NCBI GenBank assembly: GCA_010405405.1
Contig: MU004239.1
Coordinates: 806,001 to 870,000 of the forward strand
Length of the DNA stretch: 64,000 nt
Reading direction: 5' to 3'
DNA from: Microthyrium microscopicum
Taxonomy: Eukaryota
Shown in pieces: positions 1 to 12,958 of this stretch. Below the pieces are notes generated by a model. That model saw only the letters and a program-made list of their open reading frames with translations. It was not told the origin of the DNA and ran no database searches. Positions within the stretch are counted from its first letter, which is position 1, and each line of letters starts with the position of its first letter. The position numbers and the translations under genes are program-made.

Positions 1-1490
1 TGTCTCAAGCTCACTCAAGATGAAGCCTTTAACAAACATGCTTCTGGAGACCGATTCGTGGAACCTAAAGACCTGGTTCCCTGTGGTCGGGCCAGGCTTA
101 TATGAAGCATTGTATCGTAGCGTTCCGGGCATTCCTACAAGAGAATCGGCGTTACGTCTCACGAGTCTCTTGCCTACGCCCTCTCTTTCCACCAACCTGT
201 GCGCAGATGTTGCCATGGTGCAGATCCAAGATGGGACTACTTCGTCTGTAGCGCCTGGCTCCGGGGCCCAAGGCCGGCACAGGATATCGAGCTTGTAAAA
301 CGGACTGGCGTTGCTGATGCAAAAGGAAATGAAGCGCCTGTATACCGCGACATAAGGTGCTTCATAGTCGACAAGAAAGGCCACTTTCGCTGTATGACTT
401 TCCCACCACTCCAGCATGAGCTTCTGCAAATAGACCGACGGGCCCTCAGAGGAGACGAGGAGTTCGTCTCTGGCCATCTCGCTTCCGCTCTGAGGATTGA
501 GCCTGAAAGCATCGCTGGAGACCGACAACAAGGCATATATAATGTCATGGGAATTTGAGGTCTCGAACATGGTAAACGAAGTAACAAGATACTCAAGACT
601 CCGGCCTGCTCGAGGTGCTGCGGCGTCATTCTTTCTTGAGAGTGCGCTTGTTGCTCTAATGAGTCGAATAGCGCCCAATGCCGGAGCTGCTCGCGTGCTG
701 TACGCCATCACGTCTTGTGTTCTAGCGAATAATCGTGAGAGATTCAACGGCCCCTTCAGTGCCTGGTCTAGGAGTAGAATAGCCTCTGAAAACTGGCTCC
801 AGGTGATTTCATCCCTACCGCTGAATATCGTAGCTGTGTGCTGGTCGGCGAGGGCAATCTCCTGAATGACCCAGCGTCTGCTAAACTTCTGATGATCAGA
901 TCAGTCCATCCTAATATTATGAGAACAGCACCTACCCAAGGCCTCTCAGTGAAGCGGATTAGCGACATCCAATCTTCATCAAAGGCAGACTCTTGGCAAA
1001 GTCGGTCAAACTTCTGCAAAAGTAGCAAATGGTCCTGGATGAACGCAAAAGCCCGTCGACTGATAGCATCCTCGTCACCCAACCAGATCAAGACTCTTTG
1101 CGCTCGACCGTATATCTCCGACATCAGAGCCACTTGTCGACTCTTCTCTTGTAAATCATTTTGATGTATACATATCGTGTCAATCCATATTGTGCGGTAC
1201 TTATCAGGTAGCCTGAGCCTTCTAAGCGCTTGCTCGAGGTTCTTCGTTACCTTGAAGCAGAAGTCCCCGTTTTCGTCCCGGATTCGAATTGGATGTCTCG
1301 GCGGAACGGTGCCCCAGCACCACGAGATTGCTTCATAGGGAGCTTCTGCTTCGTTCTTGACTCGAAGCTCAACTACGATGTCCGCTTCCTTCGGTCTGGC
1401 CGGGTGAAGCCTTAGAAGTCGTATCTGGAAACCGCCAGCCTTCAGCGCAGAGCCATAGCTATAGGTCTCCAGTCCACAGTCAGTGCACAT
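1..1490 (-). CDS. HET-domain (heterokaryon incompatibility, HET-6-like) protein; 3' end runs off the window
   Basis: ORF 768..1490 has HET motifs IRLLRLHP, YEAISWCWG, IWIDTICIHQND, EKSRQVALMSEIY, VLIWLG. After a short intron (~887-934, GTAGGT donor) the frame reads RPW/FSRRWVIQEIALA and later SLEYLVTSF..SHDIIYALLSV. Confidence 0.9.
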
Positions 1491-2236
1491 ATGTGCTGAA
1501 TGAAACTATTGATGGCAGAAAATAAAGGTTGATGAATATTCCGTTCGCTCCTGCAAGGGTTGGAGCCGACTCTTGAGGATGCGATCACGCTGAGATATCG
1601 CGAGGCTGTCACCGTCTCTAAATACGCCCGCGTGAGGGTGGCTGAGCTGCAGGACAGCCCTGGGCGGTCTTGTGCTTTCGTCTGCCCATATGACGCGCAA
1701 TGCCCAGTTGCAACAAGACCTGCAAGCTTCAACGCAGCCAGTAAGAAGTCATTACTGTTGATGCGCCGAAATGCGCGTATGAAAAAGAAGCCCGAAAGAT
1801 AGGCCTGTGGGCCTGTTGTTCTACCTTTCTGCTGATTTCCAACCCCTGAGAACTCGTTGAATCCAGTCCTCGTCTTCTTCCAAGCAAACAATAACGCTAT
1901 GATTGAATCGGCTAGAACTCCGCGCGAAGTTTGATACATAAGCAAAAAGAAAACGGCTGGATATACATAATAAGGCTTACGCTAACCAAGCATGGTTAGA
2001 AGGTAATTTGCAGTACTCTACGTTGAAAATTATAACATTCTTTCAAGTTCTCCTGAGAACCATTGAGGTACACATTGCCCATTCCTATATGTAAACTACT
2101 TCTTTTGCGCCTCATATGAAAGCTTGAATTTTCTCTATTCATACCTCAATACAATAACCACAGTAATACAGTAATTGTCGATCTCGGACAAGCTTCTGAT
2201 AACAAAGAGAAATCTGGCCCTAAACTTACAGCATAT

Positions 2237-5200
2237 CTAAACTTTTTCAACCGCAGCACCACCTCTACCACCAACCGCGCCAACAGCCAGTCTCTGCTCT
2301 TCGCTAATTTGAACATCTGGTAGCGCTCTTCCTCTCCCCGTTGGCCAAGGCACGAACCCAATCTCAGCCAAATAACGCAAATATCGTCCAACATCTTCAC
2401 GACTAATACCCATGCCAGCACTTTCATCAATGCCCGTCCAATTCTCACCATCAGCCTTGAGAACTTGCACAGCATTCCTATCATCTAGCTCAGGAGCTCT
2501 TGTAGTAGCCGGTAGATCGTTTACGACAAAGTGATACAGCGGCATAAGAGCCAACTGTTCCTGATCTTTTTCTTGACCACCTGCAGAGACGTACTTCTCT
2601 AGCCACTCCTTCCACTCATCGTATGGAACTTCTGGGACGCGGAAACCGTAGTATTCTAACAGAGAGAGATATTCGTGCATGCGGAGCCGTGGGTGGCCAG
2701 TGACATGGATGACGTGGACTCCATTATTCAAAGGGTTGAGAGCTGCTGCTACGACAACTCGCGCGACGTGGTTGGCAGGGACGGAGTTTACGGTGTTGAT
2801 GATGCGTGGCCGCATGGAGAGTTGGATACATCCTTTGAGCATGCGGATGAGGAAATCGTCAGTATTGCAGACACCGGTCTCTGAATCGCCGAGAATGTAG
2901 CCTGGTCGTATGATGGAACCGCGTAAACCGCGCGCTCCGGCGGCGCGAACGAGTTGTTCTGATACCCATTTGGTTTGGCCATAGCCGGTGCCGAGTCCGG
3001 TGCGACTGCCCATTAGGTCGTCATCTTCGGAGATTGCGTGTTGGCCGGTGTTGACTTGTTGTGTGGACAGGTCTACGTAGTAGTCGTTGTCGAGGACGCT
3101 TGTGGAGCTGATGTAGGTGAACACCTTGGGTTTGCCTTCATTGCAGAGTTTCATGGCATCGAGGGTTGATAGGACGTTGGAGGCCATCATGTCTGCGTAT
3201 CGTTTGACCCAGTGGACTTGAGCTCCATTGTGGATTACCACATCGACGTTTTGGGATAGCATTTGCCATGTTGGTTCATCGAGACCGAGTTGTCGTTTGG
3301 ATAGATCACCAACAGCGCAGGTCAGTCTGGTTGACCATTCTTCTTTCCAGAGACCATATGCTTTCAAAGAACCCTTGAGACGATCCAGCGCAGCCTGTTC
3401 ATTCTTAGCTGCCCGAACGTGAGCAATCAATCTCACCGCTCGACTGGTTCGTTCAAGCACGTCTCTAATGATGTAGGCACCCAAAAAGCCTGTTGCACCC
3501 GTGAGGAAAACTGTCGGCCTGGATGATGCGCGAATAGTCAGCGGATCGGCGCTTTGATAGTTGCCAGCTAGTTGCTGCAGTAATTCGTCCAGGGATCGCG
3601 AATAAGCATCATCTGCTTGCTTAGCATCATCAACACCATTTGATGGCTTCAGAAGTCGGTCTATTTGCGTGCTAAAGCCTTCGAGACTAGGATTTTCGTA
3701 CAGGGTATTGATGGAAATATTGGCACCAGTCTGCTTTCGAAGCACAAGTATCATTTGCTGAGCCAGGATACTATGACCACCAAGATCGAAGAAGTTGTTC
3801 TGAGGCGTGATGGTTTTGGCGTTCAGTCCACGAATGATCTCGGACCAATTAGTCGCCACGGTCTGTTCCGTCGGAGTCATTGAATCCCATCTCTTAAGGT
3901 CATCTTCAGAGGCATCTTCAGTTTGTTCCGCAATATCAGGGAATGGTAAGTTGGCTTTGTCGACTTTTCCATTTGGATTCAGGGGTAATTTTTCCAGGAC
4001 AATATACACAGTGGGTACCGCATATGATGGTAGACGGCCTTTCAAGTGATCTCTTACTTCCAGCTGCATACGCCGAAACCGCTTGAAAAAAATCTTTGTC
4101 GTGCCAATCTCAGTAGCCTGCTCTTCGATGTCTTCTAGGCCCTGAGATTCAAGGAATTGAGGCCATTCCTTCATCTCCGGAACCACATAGCTGATCAGTG
4201 TCTGCTCTTCATTTCTGTCTCTTCGGACTAGTGTTTTGCAGTCTCGAATCAAGGCACTCTGGCTCAAGTGTGTGTCAATATCGTTCAACTCCACTCGGAA
4301 GCCGCGAATCTTGACTTGATCATCTGCGCGTCCAGTACACTCGACGGCGCCGGACGGCATATATTTTCCAAGGTCACCAGTTCTATACATTCTATCGCGT
4401 GGGCCGTTGTAGTATTTTCTCCATGCTTCTCCTTTGCTGACCTTCTTGTCGGCTGTCTTCCATGTCTCATTATCAACGAACCAATTTTCGATGAATTTTT
4501 GCTCGTTCAAGGCTGGATCTCCTCTGTAACCTTCAGAAAGACCAGCAGCTCGAACGTAAATTTCGCCTACTTCACCAACGCCACACATCTTGGTGCGATC
4601 CTCTCGGTTAACAACCAGAAGTTGGACATTCTTCATGCCTTGTCCAGCAGGAACAGTGTTTTCCAGTTGATCCAGGGCGTTTGGATCCTTGGCTCGACTT
4701 GGGATCTCATAATAACTCACGGCTCGCTGAGTTTCTGTCGTGCCGTACATGTTAACGATGTTTGCATTCACTGCTAATTCTCGCAGAATCTTGCAATCTC
4801 TTGTGGTGAGAACATCGCCAACGAAGAAAGCTCTATCCAGAGATGGGAACTCCGCTGACGCACCACCAACGAGAATTTGACCCATTGCTGGTGTCAGATG
4901 TGTTACCGTTGGCTTATGGGTAGCCATCCATTCTGCGAGTTTCTCGTGCATAATATCTTCCTTGGAAGGAACCAGTAATTGTGCACCCAGATACAAGGGA
5001 GTGAAAATGTCTCTTTGTACAGGGTCATGAGCGATACCAGAGAGGAGTGTAAACTTGCTGCTCGAGTTCAACTCGAATCGTTCCGCCATCCATCCAAAGT
5101 ACTTTGTAAGGCTGAAATGCCGTCCTAGAACGCCCTTGGGTCTTCCTTCGCTGCCAGAGGTGAAAGAGAGTGTAGGCTGACTATCAGGACCGACCAGCAC

Positions 5201-5824
5201 ATCTGGTTGCGAAGAAGCTTTAGACCGATACGACTCAAAGACGTCTTTCCCGTCTACTTGACCACCCGTCAGGGTGCCGTCATCTCCAATACGTAGCGAT
5301 GGAACTTCAGCTTTCAACGTGAGCTCTTCGTCGATGTACTTTCGAACCAATGGGGCTAATGGTCCTGATTCGTCTGTGGCTTTGGCGATATTTACTAACG
5401 CGGCCGGTTGAGAAACCTCCAAGTATACTTGTTGTCTAGCTGGGGGATATGCCGGGTCCAAAATGCTCATGGTTGCTCCGGAAGCCAAAACTCCCATGAT
5501 ACTAATGACCAAATCGACTGATCGATGCGCCCAGACCATGACGACATCGCCGTTGGTGATACCAGACTCATGGAGATAATGCGCGAGCAGGTTTGACGCT
5601 TCATATATTTGCTTATATGTGAAGACCCTCTCTGGTGAGGTTGAAGTTCTGGTCTCAGTCACGCATACTCGGTCTGGATATTTGGTTGCGTTTTCTCTAA
5701 AGTGATGATGGATTGGCCCCTCAAACCCAGACCAGTCGAGGTCTGCTTCATATTAGTCGAAGCTACAACGAACCATGAAGAGGAGTATTGACTAACCTAC
5801 TCGAGGGTCTGGTAGCTCCGCCAT
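2237..5824 (-). CDS. LYS2: L-aminoadipate-semialdehyde dehydrogenase (alpha-aminoadipate reductase), A-T-R architecture, ~1177 aa
   Basis: Adenylation motifs FTSGSEGRPKG, NMYGTTETQ, YRTGDLG, LPLNPNGKVD; carrier site FFDLGGHS; reductase TGATGFLG and GYGQTKW. Exon 1 5824-5797, intron 5796-5743 (GTTAGT..CAG), exon 2 5742-2237, giving MAELPDPRVDLDWSGFEGPIH; joined length 3534 nt is a multiple of 3. Confidence 0.95.
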
Positions 5825-6045
5825 TTTGCTAGCAGGATGTATGTATGTACCTTGATGATGCGTGCAGCGTAATGGTCCAATCGCAGCGGGGTGTTGAGAA
5901 GAGTGAAGCGACTGGCTGATGAAGCGAAGATTAGAGCTCGAATCAACGACTTTGCTGGCGGCTCTTTTTGATCAATTGAGATTTCGCGATTCCAGATTGG
6001 GCTGTCAAGAAAATTTTGAATGGGGTTAAGTGGGCGGAAGGATAT

Positions 6046-6052
6046 TGAGTCA
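6046..6052. promoter_or_regulatory. Putative Gcn4/CpcA (cross-pathway control) site TGAGTCA upstream of LYS2
   Basis: Exact TGAGTCA/TGACTCA ~220 bp upstream of the LYS2 ATG, with a CCAAT at 6077-6081. Fits known general amino-acid control of lysine genes. Confidence 0.6.
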
Positions 6053-6235
6053 CATTCAAGGGCAAACCATATCCAGCCAATTAGAAGTCAATTTTTAAAG
6101 CGGTGTGAAGTAGCACAACCAATTTTTTATTTTATTTTAATGTCATTGGTTTGGTATCATAATGTTTCATTACATTTTGCAAACAGTTGATGTAAATATC
6201 TGTTGACAACAGAAAAGTGAGACTATCTAATATTA

Positions 6236-8710
6236 TCACCCTGTATGTCCATTCCAAGGCTGATAATACAAACAAGAAACCTCATGAAACTGTGCATCTC
6301 CCGTCGCTTTTACATAATCACAAAGACATATCCAACAGAACTGATATCTACACTGCGAACAAGTCATATGGTCGCAACCGTCATTCTTTTCGATAGGCAC
6401 CTTACATGAAGGGCAGTTCTTGGAAATCTCCTCAACCTTCTTCGCCGCCGCTAATTCATCAGCCTGCGTTCGAGACATGCGAGCATCGTACTCGGCGCAA
6501 GTTTCGCTATCGTGCCAACCGGAACTATGCTTGATACACTGAACATACTCGCAGGCGCAACAGAACATCCTCTCCCCAAAGAATTCGAGGCTATGCAGCT
6601 GGCCGGAGCTGCAAGTGGGTGACAGACACCAGTGAAAGTCGGGCTCTGATGCTAAAGCGTTGAGGAGAACGAGGCGATCATAGCGTTCGAATTGTGAGAT
6701 TGTGGTACATGATCTAACGTCTGAGTAGCTCATCTTCATGCTACATTCTGGGCAATTGATTCTGGTGTGTCCTTGGTTGGTTAACCTCTCGTCTATCCAC
6801 TTGGACACACACTTCTTGCAAGTGTTGATAGTGTGGAAGCAGCTAGCCGAGATTCTTTCCGGAAAGTTTACTGAATCGAGCTCTTCAACGCAAGTCATGC
6901 ATGTCTTTTTTACCGAGCCCAATCTAAGATAGATTCTATCCAGGCCCTCCTTTTGCCTGGGTGTCAGTAAACCTGAGTCTGCAAGTGTTAGGCTCTCGTT
7001 GTCTAAGAGCTTATCTGCAAGATAAAATCCCCACTCGTGATATGGTATGGTAAGCCACTGTTCTCGAAGCCGTCTCTTCAGATCGGAAATAGGAGCATAT
7101 GCCTTATTGAAATTGTCGTTCCAGAAGCTGATGAAAAATCGCGGGCCATGATCCGATTGGACAGTGATGAACGGGTCGACGATGAGCTTTACTTCGTTTA
7201 ACTTATGACTACCCAAAGCTCGAGGCAAGGTATGGTGGGTTAATCGTATGCCGTCACACCACATGGAGATCAGTGATCTATGAACCTTGAGCTTCGTGGC
7301 CACATGGTTGAGGATTGTTTGCCAGGTGAGATGGCCGCTATTAATGCATCCGGACGGAGTTGTTGCCGTCCAGCCTACGAAAGATGTGACTTTCGGGGTC
7401 TTCTCAAGAAACTCAAATTTGATGACGTCCCCGGTAAGGTCACCGGTGTCACCGGTCGAAACGACACTGATGATACACGGGTCAGGCACTGGGCAGGCAA
7501 CGATTGTGCTTCGCTCCATATCAGACGAGACTAGTCCATCCTTACTCGTCCCATAAAGATGGTGATATTGTGGCATGTCTTGGCCGGATGGTCGACGAGC
7601 TGCATGTAGACGTGATGCGTCGTTGTACTGGCCGGCATTGGCAGGATGTTGGCGTTTCAGCGCCGAATCTTTCGCTGCTGTGGATACAGACTCAAAGCTA
7701 TACACTAAAATCGCCTGGACCTGTTGAACCAGGTGCTCTGCATCAGCCAGTGTTGTATCTGGCCCATCCAACGATTGAGATTTCACGTCACTCTGACGAG
7801 ACGTGAAGACTTTGCCAAGATCTGCTTGGATACGTGAGCAGGATTCTCTTGCCTTGTAAAGGACGTTCCGTAAAGATGGACTAGTCAAGTCGAGCATAGC
7901 ACTCAGCTTCCCTAGGGTCTCATGAAATCGGGAAAACTCGGTTTGCAGGTCAGATAAATCTTTAATGCTGATGTCTCTCGTTGATATTCCCGGCTCGATA
8001 CCCCTTGTGATCTGTTGTACCGCAAGACATTGCTCCTCAATGGCGCTGAGGAGCCCGTCGATTCTTTCCTGGTTGAAGCAAGCTTGCCAGTCATGGTGTT
8101 GTGAGCCTTGCAGTCCCCGATGGTCGCTTGAGGAGACCGTCAAGCCATTTCTTGGTATAGGCGATTCTGGTTCAAGAGAATCTATGCGGTGATGATGGAA
8201 ACCCTTTGATTGATTTCTTATGCTTCTGAAATTGGGTAGAATTGAGCTACAAGCGCTTCGATTGTTCCTTCTAGGTTTACCAGGTTCGTTCTGATCTGTC
8301 CTCGAGCTTCCGGCTGCGGGAGAAAGTCTGTCTTGCTGCCCATTGACTCTGGTGAGACTTATAGAACTCGATTCTTTCAGACTGTGTATATTGTAGTAGC
8401 TTCCATTGTGGAAGAAAAAGAGGTCTTCATCTGCGAATAGTAATTTCGATTCCAGACGGGGGTCAACATCGATTGTTTGGATAGGGCTCGTAGGGTCATT
8501 CTCGTCAACTCCTAAAGTCACAGTGGAATAGTCCTGCCGTGAAGTGATGGTTTCGTTTGTTCTTTTGGACTTGTGGTACAATCTTCGTGGTCCAGGGTTA
8601 TTAGAATGATCATCCTCCAGCTTCACTTTGGCGCTCTGGTCATTTTCGAGAACCGCACGTAACTTGCCCTCCGCATGATCGGACTTGAGCTTCGAAAGCG
8701 AATGACCCAT
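6236..8710 (-). CDS. RBR-type (RING1-IBR-RING2) E3 ubiquitin ligase with long N-terminal region, 824 aa
   Basis: C-terminal CMTC..CFH..CKKC..CPEC (RING1), WCLSPTC..CCAC..CIKH..WH..C (IBR), CPSC..KNDGCDHMTC..C..FCWIC (RING2). Single long ORF. Confidence 0.9.
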   Translation of the reverse strand: MGHSLSKLKSDHAEGKLRAVLENDQSAKVKLEDDHSNNPGPRRLYHKSKRTNETITSRQDYSTVTLGVDENDPTSPIQTIDVDPRLESKLLFADEDLFFFHNGSYYNIHSLKESSSISLTRVNGQQDRLSPAAGSSRTDQNEPGKPRRNNRSACSSILPNFRSIRNQSKGFHHHRIDSLEPESPIPRNGLTVSSSDHRGLQGSQHHDWQACFNQERIDGLLSAIEEQCLAVQQITRGIEPGISTRDISIKDLSDLQTEFSRFHETLGKLSAMLDLTSPSLRNVLYKARESCSRIQADLGKVFTSRQSDVKSQSLDGPDTTLADAEHLVQQVQAILVYSFESVSTAAKDSALKRQHPANAGQYNDASRLHAARRPSGQDMPQYHHLYGTSKDGLVSSDMERSTIVACPVPDPCIISVVSTGDTGDLTGDVIKFEFLEKTPKVTSFVGWTATTPSGCINSGHLTWQTILNHVATKLKVHRSLISMWCDGIRLTHHTLPRALGSHKLNEVKLIVDPFITVQSDHGPRFFISFWNDNFNKAYAPISDLKRRLREQWLTIPYHEWGFYLADKLLDNESLTLADSGLLTPRQKEGLDRIYLRLGSVKKTCMTCVEELDSVNFPERISASCFHTINTCKKCVSKWIDERLTNQGHTRINCPECSMKMSYSDVRSCTTISQFERYDRLVLLNALASEPDFHWCLSPTCSSGQLHSLEFFGERMFCCACEYVQCIKHSSGWHDSETCAEYDARMSRTQADELAAAKKVEEISKNCPSCKVPIEKNDGCDHMTCSQCRYQFCWICLCDYVKATGDAQFHEVSCLYYQPWNGHTG

Positions 8711-9830
8711 CGAGTGCGGTGCCGTCTATATGCTCAGGATAATGGGGTTTCTTGTGTCATCGAAGCAGTTCAAGCAAAGTCGTGAGCTTAAAGATGAAGC
8801 AACCAACCTGTATCCTAGAATGCCAAATATAATGCAGATGCAAGCATAAAAACCGGTCAGGCTGATGCCGGAAGAGTCAAAGTGGGATGATTGCTGCGCC
8901 AAGTGCGCCTTCTAGGCAGAACAATTCGATTCGGCTTGATCTCAGCCTGGTAGGGACTGCAGGCTTCTACTCACAATAGTAAGCATTCACTGGACATTGA
9001 ATATTTCTTCAGCTTTGATGAAGTCTCTTAGCCCCCACAGCCAAGCGAAGAATACTCTCACATGACAAAGAGAGCAAAACTGAAACGTTGAAGATACCCA
9101 GAGTGTCAAACTCCATAGAAATTTGCTGCAATATGCTGGACCTTCATATCGCGTTCATTAGTGTAGTGATTTTGTAGTTTGATGTGTATACATTACTAGT
9201 AGGACTATCAAGGCCAACTTTAGCTTCTTCGAGTTTTCTCATACAACATCAGTCTTGATGTTGGATCTAGCTGATGGATAATGATCCCTGGAAACTCTCA
9301 AGACTCTCCATAGTATTCGCGGCAGCACCTTGAGTGAGGCGAAGCACTGTAGCGTCAAAGCAATCGGTACCTGTGAAGTCTAGTAATTGACCAGCTCCTG
9401 TTTAATGGGATTTATTCGTGTTCAGGTTGACTTATACACGAAGTTTCCGTAGAAGACGGGAATATTGTCTTGACTCTAAAGCTATACGAATAAAGCTTCA
9501 ACAGTAGAGTCACCGATACCGATATCTGAAAGAGGCACCAATGCGTCTCACAGGTTGGGGCCTGATATCAGATACCAGGTGATCAATCATCACTCGGTCA
9601 GGAAGTGAATGTATGTATGTCAATAAAGGTAAAGCGCTTGCTGAAGACGGTGATAAAGTCGCGAACGTTGATAGAGCAGAGAATGTTCAAGAATGTTGTA
9701 GCAAAAGTACAAAGTAGATGGCTGATCTAATCAGGGTTAGTTCGTTGTTGCCACTTTAGCCGTGGATGCCTACCTACATCAACCATCAATTGGCTTCGTC
9801 ATCCATCGTGACAACTTTGAACTTGCTATC

Positions 9831-9854
9831 CACCACCACCACCACCACCACCAC
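9831..9854 (+). repeat. (CAC)8 microsatellite in the 5' region of the GHITM-like gene
   Basis: Perfect CAC repeats read directly. Confidence 0.85.
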
Positions 9855-9908
9855 CATACTTTCTGGTCTATCTTCTATCTCAATATAGCACATAGTGCGC
9901 CAAAAGCC

Positions 9909-10973
9909 ATGGCTTTTATCCTGCGTCGGCCCTTTGCTGTCACAGCAACATTGCGACAACTTCCCCAGGTCGCAAAGCCCGCCACTCGACAATTCCATCA
10001 ATCCTCCATCAAACAAACCTTCTACTCTTCAAGACCACAACAAAATGCCACCTTCTCAAAGTCAAGAGACGTCTTTCGCGCCTCCTTCAAGCGTCACTAT
10101 ACTCCCGATGCCTCTCAAGCGGTGAAGCCAGACTCTTCGGCACTTCGACAGCGTCTACTCTATGGCGCCGGCATCTTCGGAGGCACCATTGTGGCAATCA
10201 ACATGGTCTTCAACCGCGAAACACGAGACGATGGAGGTATGCCACCATTCGAGCGGAGTTATCTCAACGATACCTTCCTACACACTGGTCTTGGTCTTGG
10301 TATAATTGCCGTTGCGGCTAGATCACTACACATGAGCGGCTGGTCTTACCGATTAATGGCAACCAATCCTTGGGTCGTTGTTGGTGTCGGTCTCGCTGGT
10401 AGCATTGGTACGATGATCGGCTGCCAGATGACGCCACCAGAAAAGTAAGTTTGATCATCACGTTTGCAGGACTTATTGCTGACATTTCATAGCTACGTTA
10501 TGAAGTATGGACTTTGGACCGCCTTCAATGTCACACAAGCGGCACTTCTCGCTCCCATGATGTTCTTACAACCTGCTCTACTTGCTCGCGCTGGTCTTTA
10601 TACTATGGGCATGATGGGCAGTATCGCATTTGTGGGCGCCACAGCCAAGCAAGAGAAGTACTTGTACCTTGGAGCACCTCTTCTTGCTGGTGTTGCAGTT
10701 GTTGCTCTGTCCGGTCTTGCTCCTCTCGTCATTCCAGCAACCGCGGCCCGAACATTAATGTGGACAGAGAACATCTGGCTGTATGGTGGTCTTGCAGTCT
10801 TTGGTGGCTTCACATTGTATGATGTGCAAAAGATTCTACATCATGCGAGATTGGCTGAGCGAGGTCTCATGAGGAGAGATGCTGTCAACGAGAGCATCGC
10901 ATTGGAATTGGACTTTATCAACATCTTTGTCCGGATGGTCCAGATTCTAGGCATGAACCAGCGCAAGAAGTAG
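9909..10973 (+). CDS. Bax inhibitor-1/TMBIM family mitochondrial membrane protein (GHITM/MICS1-like), ~338 aa
   Basis: Arg/Ser-rich presequence MAFILRRPF..., multiple hydrophobic helices, LYDVQKI and LELDFINIF motifs. Exons 9909-10444 and 10493-10973 (GTAAGT..CATAG intron). Confidence 0.9.
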
Positions 10974-11712
10974 AGCCTGGACCTTGAATACAGGAATGGA
11001 GTTTTGACTCTATCTATCCCCACTCATGGTAGCTAGTCTCATTGTATTCTAGAACAAAACGTCCTGCTTGATCTGAATCGGCAACGACGAAGCTTTGTAA
11101 CAATTGCATTTCATGAATCATTGTATTATTCTTACCTGCTAGGAGCAGTAATCGCACTTCAAATACTAGTAGCGTTTTATGCACCCACCAAATATATCTT
11201 TGTAATAATTGGTCTTCTCAAACCCCTCCCAGGTGCTAAGTAGTACATCTGTGTAGCTCAAAAACAATTATCTCGGACTACCCCGACTTATGTAGATCTG
11301 TTCCCGTCCGTTTAATGTAACTGCATAGCAGGGTGCTTCACCACGGAACAGTTTCTTAGGACCAGGTTTGATTGCGCAACGTTAGTACCGTAGATCATCT
11401 AACCACCAAGCATCCAATGATCGTCCCGCTACAACACTTCCAAGCTTCCAGATGTAACCACGCCAGAGGCCCGTTCCCGCGCGTGCTTAAATCATTCGCG
11501 ATAGGATCATTGATTTGCTTTAGAGGTCTATCCTGAACTCCCTAATTAGGAAATAGCGTGGGTGTTGTGGCGTCAAGTAGCGTTGCTTTAACAATGCAAG
11601 TTGGTGCTACCACCACTACTTTGGTGAGAAGAAGGGTATATGATGAAGTGTGTCTCCGTTCTTGGGTTGGTCAGGTTGTGTAACTTCTCTTAATTCTACA
11701 AAATATACCAAA

Positions 11713-12958
11713 ATGCCCCGTTTAACGTCACTGTCGTTTCTATCAGTCACTGCCATTTTGGCGAATGGAGTGTATGGCTGGGGCGCAATGGGTCATGAGG
11801 CGATAGGTCTCATTGCTCAGAACTATGTGACAGCGGCCACGAAGACATACATGCAAGGTCTTTTAGGATCAACATCTACCACATATCTTGGAGATGTCGC
11901 CGCATGGGTTAGTCCTATCCCGCTCTTGTCTGAGCTTCCAGTGCTTGGTGCTAGGCAATTACGCACGCTGAAGAGGAATGAATACTAAAGTTCATATAGG
12001 CGGATACATACAGAGAGACCACGGCTGGCAAATTCTCTGCACCATACCATTTCATCGACGCAGAAGACTCACCACCAACTGCTTGCAGTGTCGACTTCAA
12101 CCGTGACTGTGGTTCAGCTGGATGCGTCGTCGCAGCCATCTCCAACTATGTTCGTGCAATACAATCAATGTATAAAACAATAGAGACACTAACCCGCAGC
12201 TAGACCTCACGAATCAAGGACACAAAGCTCTCCGCCACAGAGCGCACCAACGCCGTAAAGTTCATCGTCCACGTACATCACCCCTTCTCAACTCAACACC
12301 TACAACACCAACCCACTAACACATATCTTAGTTCGTCGGCGACATCCACCAACCTCTGCACGACGAAGCCCTCGACGTCGGCGGCAACACCATCGCCGTC
12401 AAATTCGACAACAAAACCACAAACCTGCACTCCGTCTGGGACACCGCCATTCCCGAAAAGATCATTGGCGGCGGCACACTAGCATACGCACAAAAGTGGG
12501 CTACCGCACTCACAGCATCCATAAACACCGGCACATATGCCTCCTCCAAATCTAGCTGGCTCACTGGCATGAATGTCAGTGACGCGACGGCGACTGCTAT
12601 GGTGTGGGCGCGCGATACAAATGCGTTGGTGTGTACAAAGGTTATTCCGGATGGACCGCCGACGGGCCAAGAATTGGATGGGGCGTATTATACGAGTGTG
12701 GTGCCGACGGTGGAGGAACAGATTGCGAAAGGTATGTTATGAAGATTGTGTGGTTGGGTATGTGTGCTGACTTGGTGGGTAGCTGGGTATCGACTTGCTG
12801 CGTGGTTGAATTTGATTGCCACGGGGAGTGAAGGGTCGAAAGTGAAGCGTGATTTGAGCTTTCAGTGGGAACCGATTAGCTATTTGCCTGAGGGATATGT
12901 AAATGATGGTAGTCCGGCTAAGATGGCGAGACGGGCGTTTGGAGATATGTGTCATTGA
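11713..12958 (+). CDS. Secreted S1/P1 nuclease
   Basis: Signal peptide then WGAMGHE; WAD, HFIDA, HFVGDIHQPLH, NLHSVWD, AGYRLAAWLN. Exons 11713-11907, 12000-12149, 12204-12272, 12332-12731, 12783-12958 with canonical introns. Confidence 0.92.

Noticed and set aside
2237..5824. Secondary-metabolite NRPS-like cluster around the A-T-R gene
   Set aside because: The motifs are those of primary-metabolism Lys2, and no tailoring enzymes or transporters flank it.
9762..9908. Poly-His N-terminal extension on the GHITM-like ORF
   Set aside because: It depends on a GTG start called by the ORF finder. The ATG at 9909 has good context and begins a mitochondrial presequence, so the CAC run is better read as a UTR microsatellite.
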